Origin: Candidatus Peribacteria bacterium RIFCSPHIGHO2_02_FULL_49_16
GTDB taxonomy: Bacteria; Patescibacteriota; Gracilibacteria; Peribacterales; Peribacteraceae
Reading direction: 5' to 3'
DNA: 64,000 nt
Assembly: GCA_001788955.1 (NCBI GenBank)
Contig: MFXT01000019.1
Span: 6,331 to 70,330, forward strand
How positions within the stretch are numbered: the first letter of the stretch is position 1; each line of letters begins with the position of its first letter. The notes beneath the pieces were generated by a model. It was not told the origin of the DNA and searched no databases. It was given only the letters and a program-made list of their open reading frames with translations. Positions 56,816-64,000 of the stretch are shown in pieces. Made by a program: the position numbers and the translations under genes.

Positions 56816-56901
56816 GCCGCCGTGGTGGAATGGTATACACGGGGGACTTAAAATCCCTGCTCATTACGAGCGTGCTGGTTCGACTCCAGCCGGCGGCACC
56901 A
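56816..56901 (+). tRNA. tRNA-Leu (anticodon TAA), long variable arm, CCA encoded
   Basis: Manual fold. Acceptor stem is GCCGCCG/CGGCGGC, anticodon stem GGGGA/TCCCT with loop CTTAAAA, variable stem GCTC/GAGC, and T-arm GCTGG-TTCGACT-CCAGC. Confidence 0.93.
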
Positions 56902-56964
56902 CGTAAAAGTGCGCGGGAAAGCAAGCTTTTACGTGCCCCGTGGCCGCTCAGCGGCTTTACGGGG
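56901..56964 (+). other. Two stable hairpins immediately 3' of tRNA-Leu (no T-run)
   Basis: The first hairpin is ACGTAAAAG...CTTTTACGT (9 bp, 16-nt loop). The second is CCCCGT-g-GCCGC-TCA-GCGGC-ttt-ACGGGG. They lie between convergent tRNA-Leu and mnmA. Confidence 0.5.
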
Positions 56965-56998
56965 CAACTTGGGCATGACGGAACGAGCTAATAGAATA

Positions 56999-58084
56999 TT
57001 ATTGGATAATCCCACCGCCAAGTACTTCATCATCTCGATAAAATACACAATGTTGCCCCGGGGCCTGCAGACCTTGTGGTTGATCAAAAGAGAATGTTCC
57101 TGTATCACCTTTTACTATCAGATTTCCAGTCACATAGTGAGAAAGTGACCGTAAACAGGCCTGAAGTGGAATTTCTCTATTTTCATCCGGTTTCTCTGAA
57201 ATCCAATTCAGCCCTTGCAGATGAAGTGAATCAATCATTGTTTTTCCCTGTTTTTCGATAACCAACTGATTCGTATCCATGCGTTTTTCTGTCACCTCAA
57301 GGGGAATCTTCATACCGCCAACACCTACTCCACGCCTTTGTCCAAGAGTATACAATGGTAATCCTTTGTGCTCTCCAAGGACTGTACCATCTCTGTCTAC
57401 GATATTTCCTTTCTTTAGGTGAAGATGACGCTTCAAAAATTCCTGTGGCGTCTTTTCGGGGAAAAAACACAGATCCTGACTCTCGCGATAGCTCTTATCG
57501 TCATACGGCACGCCGAATTTTTTCGCGAGTTCATACACATCATTTTTGTACATGTCACCAAGTGGAAACAGCACTTTGGAAAGTTGTTCTTGTGAGAGGC
57601 CGTATAAGTAGTAGCTCTGATCTTTGGATTGATCGATAGCTGTAAAAAGATGATGACTCTGCTCGTTTCTCTTCATTTTCTTGCATACTCGGGCATAATG
57701 ACCTGTTGCCAACTTCTCGCATTGCAGTTCTTCCATAAAATCCAGAAGTCTTCCAAACTTGATGGTTCGATTACAACGAATACAGGGATTGGGTGTTTTT
57801 CCTTCCGCATACCCTTGTAAGAAGGGATCGACGACTTCGCGCTTGAATTCCTCTTCCAAATTGAGAATGTGATATCGGATATTCAGGTCTTCCGCCACCT
57901 TCTTCGCACGCGCCGCCGTTTGCGCGTTACAGCATTTGGATGGAAGAATTTGGGCAAGTGCGGGAGCAAGCGGATCACTCCAGAGTGTGAAACGCACGGC
58001 TGTCAGGTCATGCCCTTGTTCTTTCAAGAGATGAGCAACGACAGATGAGTCGATTCCGCCGGAAAGTGCGACAAGGATACGCAT
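56999..58084 (-). CDS. mnmA: tRNA 2-thiouridine(34) synthase MnmA
   Basis: PP-loop motif VALSGGIDSSV, the catalytic Cys region NPCIRCNRTIKF, and full-length MnmA architecture. Confidence 0.95.
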   Translation of the reverse strand: MRILVALSGGIDSSVVAHLLKEQGHDLTAVRFTLWSDPLAPALAQILPSKCCNAQTAARAKKVAEDLNIRYHILNLEEEFKREVVDPFLQGYAEGKTPNPCIRCNRTIKFGRLLDFMEELQCEKLATGHYARVCKKMKRNEQSHHLFTAIDQSKDQSYYLYGLSQEQLSKVLFPLGDMYKNDVYELAKKFGVPYDDKSYRESQDLCFFPEKTPQEFLKRHLHLKKGNIVDRDGTVLGEHKGLPLYTLGQRRGVGVGGMKIPLEVTEKRMDTNQLVIEKQGKTMIDSLHLQGLNWISEKPDENREIPLQACLRSLSHYVTGNLIVKGDTGTFSFDQPQGLQAPGQHCVFYRDDEVLGGGIIQ

Positions 58085-58125
58085 AGTGAAAAATTTCTTC
58101 TTGTATTATCAATTATCTATTACCA

Positions 58126-58662
58126 ATGATCAATTCTTGCGCTACTCTTCATCTCGTGAACGTACATCCCGAAATATCGATCCCCATTGCTTCTGATAAA
58201 GGCGGAGCACGCGAGGCATTTTTGCACCTGCTTACCTTTGCACTATTATATGCTTCTCTCGTCAGTCTTACTTACCTGTACTTTCGTTTTGTTAATGAAT
58301 TGTTTGTGGATACTGCATTGGATCGAAATTTTTTCATGGAAAATTATTCCGGAGTCCGACGGAGTCTTGCCGTTCTCATTGTGACGTTCCCTTTGTTTCT
58401 TTGGATGAGTCGCTTGCTGCAAAACGAAATGCGAAAGCATCCGGAAAAAATGTGGAGCGGCATTCGTCGATGGCTGACCTACCTCACACTTTTGATCACC
58501 GCACTTGTTTTGATCGGCGATGTGATTACACTTCTTTTTTCACTCCTTGAAGGCGATCTCTCTATTCGTTTTCACTTGAAAGTGATGATTGTTCTTGTTC
58601 TTGCGGGACTGACATTTACCTATTACTTCCTTTCACTGAAATCCGCACCTTCTAAACATTAG
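58126..58662 (+). CDS. DUF5671-like membrane protein
   Basis: 178 aa with about 4 TM helices. The N-terminal pattern AREAFLHLLTFALLYASLVSLTYLYFRFVNELF resembles DUF5671 proteins (from memory). Confidence 0.6.
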   Translation: MINSCATLHLVNVHPEISIPIASDKGGAREAFLHLLTFALLYASLVSLTYLYFRFVNELFVDTALDRNFFMENYSGVRRSLAVLIVTFPLFLWMSRLLQNEMRKHPEKMWSGIRRWLTYLTLLITALVLIGDVITLLFSLLEGDLSIRFHLKVMIVLVLAGLTFTYYFLSLKSAPSKH

Positions 58663-58663
58663 T

Positions 58664-59113
58664 ATGCAAAAATTCTTTGCCACTATTGCCACTCTCATTG
58701 TTATCGGCGCCATCATCGGCGGTTTTTTCCTTGCCGGATCACCACAGAGTGAACGAGTCCGACGCATTGACGAGAGGCGAATGGAAGATCTTCGCTCTAT
58801 CAGTAACGAAATTCTTACTATTGTTTACGAAGGACGACCATTTGAACCTGCCTTCCCCAATACAACGTTAGAACTCAAAAAACCGCTTCCAGAGTCTCTT
58901 TTGGAGGTCCAGAAAAATGCCTTTTATGTTCGCCTGGATGTGGTCGATCCCGTGACAAAGAAACAGTATGAATATCGTGTCATCAATAAAACAGGCTATG
59001 AACTCTGTGCGGTATTCGATACGGCAAGAAGAGGGGAATATGATATCTTCTGGGATCATCCGGCAGGACGCCATTGCTTCACTTTTGATGCATTGAAGCA
59101 AAATATGCGGTAA
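58664..59113 (+). CDS. Hypothetical membrane-anchored protein
   Basis: 149 aa with an N-terminal TM helix. It starts 1 nt after the preceding gene's stop codon (operon-like). Confidence 0.55.
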   Translation: MQKFFATIATLIVIGAIIGGFFLAGSPQSERVRRIDERRMEDLRSISNEILTIVYEGRPFEPAFPNTTLELKKPLPESLLEVQKNAFYVRLDVVDPVTKKQYEYRVINKTGYELCAVFDTARRGEYDIFWDHPAGRHCFTFDALKQNMR

Positions 59114-59140
59114 GCATTTGATCATTGACCATTCTTTTTC

Positions 59141-60181
59141 ATGCACGAATACATTACAAAACTTCATACAGAATATCAGATGCTCGGGGAGCAATTGCAG
59201 AATCCTTCCGTCTTTCAGGATCACAAAGAAGCAACGCGAATTCAAAAACGTCTCGCACAAATCGAACCGGTTATGCCCCTTGTGCGCGAATACATCGATT
59301 GCAAAAAAATCATGAGCGAGGCGGAGGAAACATATGATGATCCGGAACTGAAAATTCTGGCGAAAGAAGAAGGAGCAAAGGCGGAAAAACGTTTGCCGAT
59401 GATTGAAGAGCAACTTAAAAAAGAACTTCTTGAGACAGATCCATTGGATGAGAGAAATGTCATTCTGGAAGTTCGCGCCGGAACAGGAGGTGAGGAGGCT
59501 GCGTTATTTGCATCGGAACTTCTTCGCATGTATTTGCGTTATGCAGAAACCCAGTCATGGAAAACCGAGCTTCTCAATAAACACGATGCCGAGAGTGGGG
59601 GATTGAAGGAGGCGAGTGTGCGTATTGACGGAGATCATGTATATGGAAAACTGAAATACGAGGGTGGGGTACACCGCGTACAGCGCGTTCCGGCAACGGA
59701 AAGTAAAGGACGTTTACACACATCTGCCGCCAGCATCGTTATCTTGCCAGAAGCGGAAGAAACGGATGTCGAGATTCGTCCGGACGACTTGCGTATCGAT
59801 ACGTTTCGCGCAAGCGGCGCAGGCGGGCAGCATGTGAATAAGGTGGAAAGTGCGGTGCGAATTACGCACCTTCCCACAGGAGTTGTTGTGAGTTGTCAGA
59901 GCGAACGCAGTCAATTACAGAATCGCGCACGGGCGATGGAACATTTGCGTGCCAAGATCTATGCACATGCGAAAGAGGAAGAAGCGAGAAAAAAAGGAGA
60001 TTTACGCAGTGCGCAAGTCAAATCCGGTGATCGTAGTGACAAGATTCGTACGTATAACTTTCCGCAAGACCGCGTTACCGATCATCGCATCGGCAAAAGT
60101 TTTTACAATCTTCCCGGAATTATGGAAGGAAATTTGGAATCAATCATTCATGCACTGCACGCACCTGCCACTGAACAGTAA
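59141..60181 (+). CDS. prfA: Peptide chain release factor 1
   Basis: GGQ motif (SGAGGQHVNKVESAVRITHLPTG) and the RF1-type PAT tripeptide (RVPATES). Confidence 0.97.
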   Translation: MHEYITKLHTEYQMLGEQLQNPSVFQDHKEATRIQKRLAQIEPVMPLVREYIDCKKIMSEAEETYDDPELKILAKEEGAKAEKRLPMIEEQLKKELLETDPLDERNVILEVRAGTGGEEAALFASELLRMYLRYAETQSWKTELLNKHDAESGGLKEASVRIDGDHVYGKLKYEGGVHRVQRVPATESKGRLHTSAASIVILPEAEETDVEIRPDDLRIDTFRASGAGGQHVNKVESAVRITHLPTGVVVSCQSERSQLQNRARAMEHLRAKIYAHAKEEEARKKGDLRSAQVKSGDRSDKIRTYNFPQDRVTDHRIGKSFYNLPGIMEGNLESIIHALHAPATEQ

Positions 60182-60196
60182 AACACCTTTTTTCTT

Positions 60197-61564
60197 ATGG
60201 AAAATACAAGAATTACATATGGCAAAGAATTCCGGTTATCGCATCGACTGGAAGTCGTGCGATGTGACAAGTACACGTTGATCTATCTTCCGCAGGAAAA
60301 AGTATGGCGAAAACAGGATGCCGATGACCAGAGAAAGTTTTTGATGGATGAACAGGAAAAACAGGAATTTCTGGATATTGCAAAAGAACCCGGAGTCAAA
60401 GTGTATTACCTGCCGGGGAAAACAGTAACCGAAGAGGAGTTCTTTGGCGAAAATGGTGACAATGGAAAGGAAAAGAAGAAAATGTTCCCGCGATTTTTTA
60501 TCGGATTGGATGGATTTGTAAACTGCTCCACGCATTTTCAACCTCATGATGGAAAAAAAGGACCGCGTGCAAATTTTAACCATCATCATGGCATTCGGGA
60601 GAGTACAAAAAGCACATGCAAGCAGGTTCATGCCGCGCTTGTACCCGGTGGCCCCATCGATAAACACTTCAGGACGAATGATGACCAGTTCATTGTCAAC
60701 CTTGCTCTGAATCATCTTGACGAGGATGGCGAAGCGAGCATTTGGGAATTCGTGTATCGCGAGAAGATTCATGAACTCGACGTGTCCGGCGAGCGTCGTG
60801 CCTATCGCAGTCGTGTTATTCAACTTCTTCTCGATGACATCGGCGATATTGATGAAGAAGGAGGAGTATCTCCGCTTCCTCTCATTGAGACAGAGGAGAT
60901 TAAAGCACTCTTTTGTCATGTGCAGGAAGTAAAAAGTACATCCATAGCATGTACATATACGGAACGATTGAATAATATTTTTTACAACATCAATCGTGCG
61001 ATTGAGAAGACTCTGCGCGGTGAAGAACGCGATCGCGAAAATGTAGAAGAGAGTTTTCGTTTTTTGGGACGAGGCAAAGGTTTTACTGTTGTTACAGATA
61101 CGCAAAAGGAGGCACGTAACGCTTTACGAGATATGGGTGTGGAAGCAGCCGTATTACACAAAGGACAACTGGAAAATGGAAGTCACGTTTTTACCATTCA
61201 ACGGTTTGATATGGGTAGCCCTTTCCCTTTGGAAAAAATCATCGACATGCTGAATCGTATGGAACGTGTTCCAAAACACATGCGTCACAAACCCCCGCAA
61301 GAACTCATTACATACATTCAAAAACCGGACGCCGTTCTTGTTCCAGAAAAAGAAGAGGATCAATGGGGAGGTGACAACAAAGTGAGCGGCTCACCTCGTG
61401 AGAACGGAACCTGGATGGATCCAAACGCCATACGAGAAAGTATTACTTGTTATCTTGCGCAATTGGAATCTGAACAAAAAAAAGAAGAAATTTCCAATCA
61501 AAACACGGTGGAGGATGTAGAAAGCGGCAAAGCGCTTCTTGATGATGACACAGGGGATGAATAG
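60197..61564 (+). CDS. Hypothetical protein (455 aa, orphan)
   Basis: A long ORF 15 nt downstream of prfA on the same strand. It is acidic and I recognise no motif. The opposite-strand 289-aa ORF looks like low-complexity shadow. Confidence 0.55.
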   Translation: MENTRITYGKEFRLSHRLEVVRCDKYTLIYLPQEKVWRKQDADDQRKFLMDEQEKQEFLDIAKEPGVKVYYLPGKTVTEEEFFGENGDNGKEKKKMFPRFFIGLDGFVNCSTHFQPHDGKKGPRANFNHHHGIRESTKSTCKQVHAALVPGGPIDKHFRTNDDQFIVNLALNHLDEDGEASIWEFVYREKIHELDVSGERRAYRSRVIQLLLDDIGDIDEEGGVSPLPLIETEEIKALFCHVQEVKSTSIACTYTERLNNIFYNINRAIEKTLRGEERDRENVEESFRFLGRGKGFTVVTDTQKEARNALRDMGVEAAVLHKGQLENGSHVFTIQRFDMGSPFPLEKIIDMLNRMERVPKHMRHKPPQELITYIQKPDAVLVPEKEEDQWGGDNKVSGSPRENGTWMDPNAIRESITCYLAQLESEQKKEEISNQNTVEDVESGKALLDDDTGDE

Positions 61565-62916
61565 CGCAAATCTTTCATCATGTCTTTTCGTTTCTGAATC
61601 ATCTCCTCTTTACCAATGTCTCTGCGAAATCGCACGGGGCCTTGCACTTGTTCACAGAGCTTTTGTGCAATAGCTTCAGCTTGGGCGATCGAATCACCGA
61701 TACCGACGATGCCGGCTGTACGGGAGGAACCGAGTATGAGGTTGCCATTGAGGTCTTCAGAAATGTCGCCGTAGAATAGGTTGTAGCGATCAGGAGCTGA
61801 ATGAGAGAATGGAAATTCTACAATATCCCCCTTCTGATCTTTAGAAACAGGATAACTTTCCGGAACGATATATTTGCATACGGTGGCTTTGCGAGAAAAG
61901 TGCACCAGATCTTCGGTGAGTTCTCCGGTGACAATGCCCAAACAGATGGCCGCAAAATCTGATGTGAGAAGAGGGAGAATATTAAGTGCTTCAGGATCTC
62001 CGAACCGTGCGTTGTATTCAATGAGCCGGATGCCGTCGCGAACGGCGATAAATCCTCCATAAAGAATACCTTTGTAGGGTATGCCGAATTCTCGAAGAAG
62101 CGCATGTGCAACCAACTGATTGATTTCCTGCGCTCTTTTCAAATCGTTCTCTGTTAAAAACGGCAAGGAGTGATTCGTATCGCTGTATGTCCCCATGCCA
62201 CCGGTATTCGGTCCCGTGTCATTTTCGTATGCGCGTTTGTGATCCTGTACGACCGGCATATGAACGACGTCTGGTCCGCTGACAAACGAGAGAAGGCTGA
62301 ATTCCACACCGATGAGTTTTTCTTCAAGCACAACACGCCCGCATTCCTCGATGCATTCCAGAGCATACGATACGCCATGATCAATCGTTTCCAAATGTTC
62401 ACCGGAGAGTTTTACTCCCTTTCCTCCTTTTAAGGCGTCATACTTGACCACGTATTCTCCGTGCAGTTCATTCTCAATATACGAGCGGATTTCTTGTTCA
62501 AGCCCCCTCCCCCTACCCCCTCCCTCAAGGGAGGGGAGAACACGAAACTTCGGCGATGCATCAATGTCATGCTTCTTGAGCAGATTCCGGGTGAAACCTT
62601 TGCTGGACTCGATTTTTGCCAATTCTTTTTTTGGGGCAACGGAAGCGATGCCGATTGTTTCCAATGCATCCGCAAGACCGCCGCCGATTGCATCATCGGG
62701 AGCGATGAAAGCAAAATCCGGCTGTGTTTTTTTTGCAATGGCGCAGACCTGTTCAAAATTCATGATATTCATGACATGCTGCTCGCGTGCAAGCGCACGA
62801 ATGCCGGGATTTGCCGTAGGACAGAGTGAAATGATTTCCATGTTCTGCGGACTTCTGGCAAACGCATCCGCAATCGCATGTCCCCGCGCCGAGGAAGAAA
62901 CTAAAAGAACGATCAT
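61498..62916 (-). CDS. purD: Phosphoribosylamine--glycine ligase carrying an in-frame mini-element insertion
   Basis: ATP-grasp PurD blocks: VVKYDALKGGKGVKLS, GPNTGGMGTYS, IEYNARFGDPE. The segment PSLEGGGRGRG is extra. A tail of about 40 aa lies beyond the usual C-terminus. The gene overlaps purF by 4 nt. Confidence 0.93.
   Translation of the reverse strand: MIVLLVSSSARGHAIADAFARSPQNMEIISLCPTANPGIRALAREQHVMNIMNFEQVCAIAKKTQPDFAFIAPDDAIGGGLADALETIGIASVAPKKELAKIESSKGFTRNLLKKHDIDASPKFRVLPSLEGGGRGRGLEQEIRSYIENELHGEYVVKYDALKGGKGVKLSGEHLETIDHGVSYALECIEECGRVVLEEKLIGVEFSLLSFVSGPDVVHMPVVQDHKRAYENDTGPNTGGMGTYSDTNHSLPFLTENDLKRAQEINQLVAHALLREFGIPYKGILYGGFIAVRDGIRLIEYNARFGDPEALNILPLLTSDFAAICLGIVTGELTEDLVHFSRKATVCKYIVPESYPVSKDQKGDIVEFPFSHSAPDRYNLFYGDISEDLNGNLILGSSRTAGIVGIGDSIAQAEAIAQKLCEQVQGPVRFRRDIGKEEMIQKRKDMMKDLRYSSPVSSSRSALPLSTSSTVF
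62503..62539 (-). repeat. G/C-rich hairpin and G-tract mini-element, copy C (inside purD, sense orientation)
   Basis: Sense-strand sequence TCTCCCCTCCCTTGAGGGAGGGGGTAGGGGGAGGGGG. It has the same hairpin CCCCTCCC-TTGA-GGGAGGGG as copy B. Confidence 0.85.
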
Positions 62917-64000
62917 GACACAGGTTGTACAACGCTTTCTGTTCCGCCAATCCGTGTAAGACCAAGGTTATGAAGCATTTCCTCTGTTACTTCCTGTGAC
63001 GCATATCGTCCATTAAAACATCCCGTACACATCCGTCGCACGCGCGTACTCCCTCGCTGCACTGCATGCACCATGTCTTCAATGGAAACGTAGAAGAGCG
63101 CATCTGCTCCAATTGTTTTGCAAATCTCCTCAATGCTCTGCTTAGATGCGATCAATTCCTCATAGGTGGGGATATCCACTCCATAAGGACACGGACGAGT
63201 GATCGGAGGCGATGCGGAGGCAAAATACACCTTTTTCGCTCCCGCCTGTCGCGCCATTTCCACGATGCGCGTACTGGTGTTTCCCCGTACGATCGAATCG
63301 TCCACGATGAGCACATTATTCCCAAGAAATTCCAAATCAATCGTTTGCAGTTTAAATTGAATGGATTGTTTGCGCATGCGTTGACTGGGCATAATGAACG
63401 TTCGTCCAATATATCGATTTTTCACAAATCCTTCCCGATAGCGAATGCCCAGTTTATCGGCAAGTCCCGCAGCTGCGGCACGAGAGGAATCAGGAATGGG
63501 AATAATAGAATCGATCTTCAGCTTTGCGCGGCGAATCTGCAGAGCCAATGCCTCTCCCATACGCACACGCGCCTTATAAACGCTTACGTCATCGAGGAGC
63601 GAATCCGGTGCCGCAAGATACACCCATTCAAACACGCAGGGTGTCAGGAGACCGGAGGCGCACTGCTTTGTGTGAAGAAAATTATTGCCATCAATAAAAA
63701 TAACCTCTCCCGGTTGTATATCACGCAGGAATCGAAATCCCAACGGTTTCATCACCGTATTCTCTGAACAGACGATGTATTCCATTTTTCCTTCTCTCTC
63801 GCGAGCGCCGATTTGCAACGGACGAATGCCGTGCGGATCGCGGAATGCAACCATTCCATGATGACCGATGAGTGCCACGACGGAATAACTTCCTTTGCAT
63901 TTGCGAAAAACGGAACGCATCGCCCGAAATACATGTTCAGGAAGGAACTCAACAGGTTTTTGCTTTTCCAGTGCAATCGCAAAAACATTCAGAAGCACCT
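62913..64000 (-). CDS. purF: Amidophosphoribosyltransferase, N-terminus beyond the window edge
   Basis: Motifs GIRPLQIG and the PRPP-binding loop VDDSIVRGNTS, plus the C-terminal region CPYGVDIP. The frame stays open to nt 64000, so the listed internal Met is not the true start. Confidence 0.93.
   Translation of the reverse strand, partial: VLLNVFAIALEKQKPVEFLPEHVFRAMRSVFRKCKGSYSVVALIGHHGMVAFRDPHGIRPLQIGAREREGKMEYIVCSENTVMKPLGFRFLRDIQPGEVIFIDGNNFLHTKQCASGLLTPCVFEWVYLAAPDSLLDDVSVYKARVRMGEALALQIRRAKLKIDSIIPIPDSSRAAAAGLADKLGIRYREGFVKNRYIGRTFIMPSQRMRKQSIQFKLQTIDLEFLGNNVLIVDDSIVRGNTSTRIVEMARQAGAKKVYFASASPPITRPCPYGVDIPTYEELIASKQSIEEICKTIGADALFYVSIEDMVHAVQRGSTRVRRMCTGCFNGRYASQEVTEEMLHNLGLTRIGGTESVVQPVS

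Noticed and set aside
60236-61105. 289-aa minus-strand ORF inside the orphan gene.
   Set aside because: It is antisense to a longer ORF that is co-oriented with and tightly spaced after prfA. Its peptide is Phe/Ile/Lys-rich, which is typical of the antisense of an acidic protein. I cannot fully exclude it without comparative data.
5728-62539. The idea that the repeated G/C-rich 37-mers form a CRISPR-like array.
   Set aside because: The copies lie 24-33 kb apart, inside coding regions, with no regular spacing and no cas genes. They are dispersed, not arrayed.
1-64000. Alternative genetic code (UGA or UAG recoding), as seen in some uncultivated lineages.
   Set aside because: All conserved genes give full-length, motif-complete proteins under the standard code. 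Several end at TGA or TAG at the expected length (for example the methyltransferase at TGA and leuS at TAG).

Overview
The window is a gene-dense bacterial chromosomal segment that uses the standard genetic code. I call about 58 protein-coding genes and 3 tRNAs (Thr-CGT, Tyr-GTA, Leu-TAA, each with an encoded CCA end). I found no rRNA, CRISPR array, transposase, integrase or prophage block.

Most genes are housekeeping:
- Cell division, replication and repair: ftsH, ftsK, dnaG-rpoD, holA, dprA, and a UvrD-type helicase with a nuclease tail.
- Translation and RNA: leuS, an RsmB/F-family methyltransferase, der, prfA, mnmA, greA, and a DEAD-box helicase.
- Metabolism: rpiB-rpe, tpiA, carB, purF-purD, cdd, pepN.

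Both window edges cut genes. An isocitrate lyase occupies 1-1332 on the minus strand; it is missing from the ORF track because it has no in-window stop. purF runs off the right edge.

The gene content (a TMTC-like TPR membrane protein, a DUF5671-like membrane protein, many small anchored proteins, cohesin/dockerin/sortase genes) suggests an uncultivated, streamlined lineage. That is inference only.

Main observations:
1. A 37-nt G/C-rich hairpin and G-tract mini-element is inserted in the sense orientation and the same reading frame inside three unrelated housekeeping genes (rpiB, the helicase, purD). A decayed fourth copy may also be present. This is formally like Rickettsia palindromic elements, but I do not recognise the sequence.
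2. A 9-nt poly-G tract sits exactly at the junction of a membrane-anchor ORF and a 1225-aa tail-fibre-like repetitive surface protein. Losing one G would fuse the two.
3. A small dockerin-only protein, a cohesin-like/FN3 protein and a cupredoxin-like protein form a cluster. The last two carry non-canonical C-terminal sorting signals, and a sortase gene lies 6 kb away.
4. Two almost identical 30-bp palindromes bracket a TrpR/YerC-like regulator gene.
5. RpoD carries an extra C-terminal CxxC...CxxC zinc ribbon.
6. Stable GC-rich hairpin clusters lie directly 3' of tRNA-Tyr and tRNA-Leu.

All functional calls come from motif recognition by eye. No database search was run.
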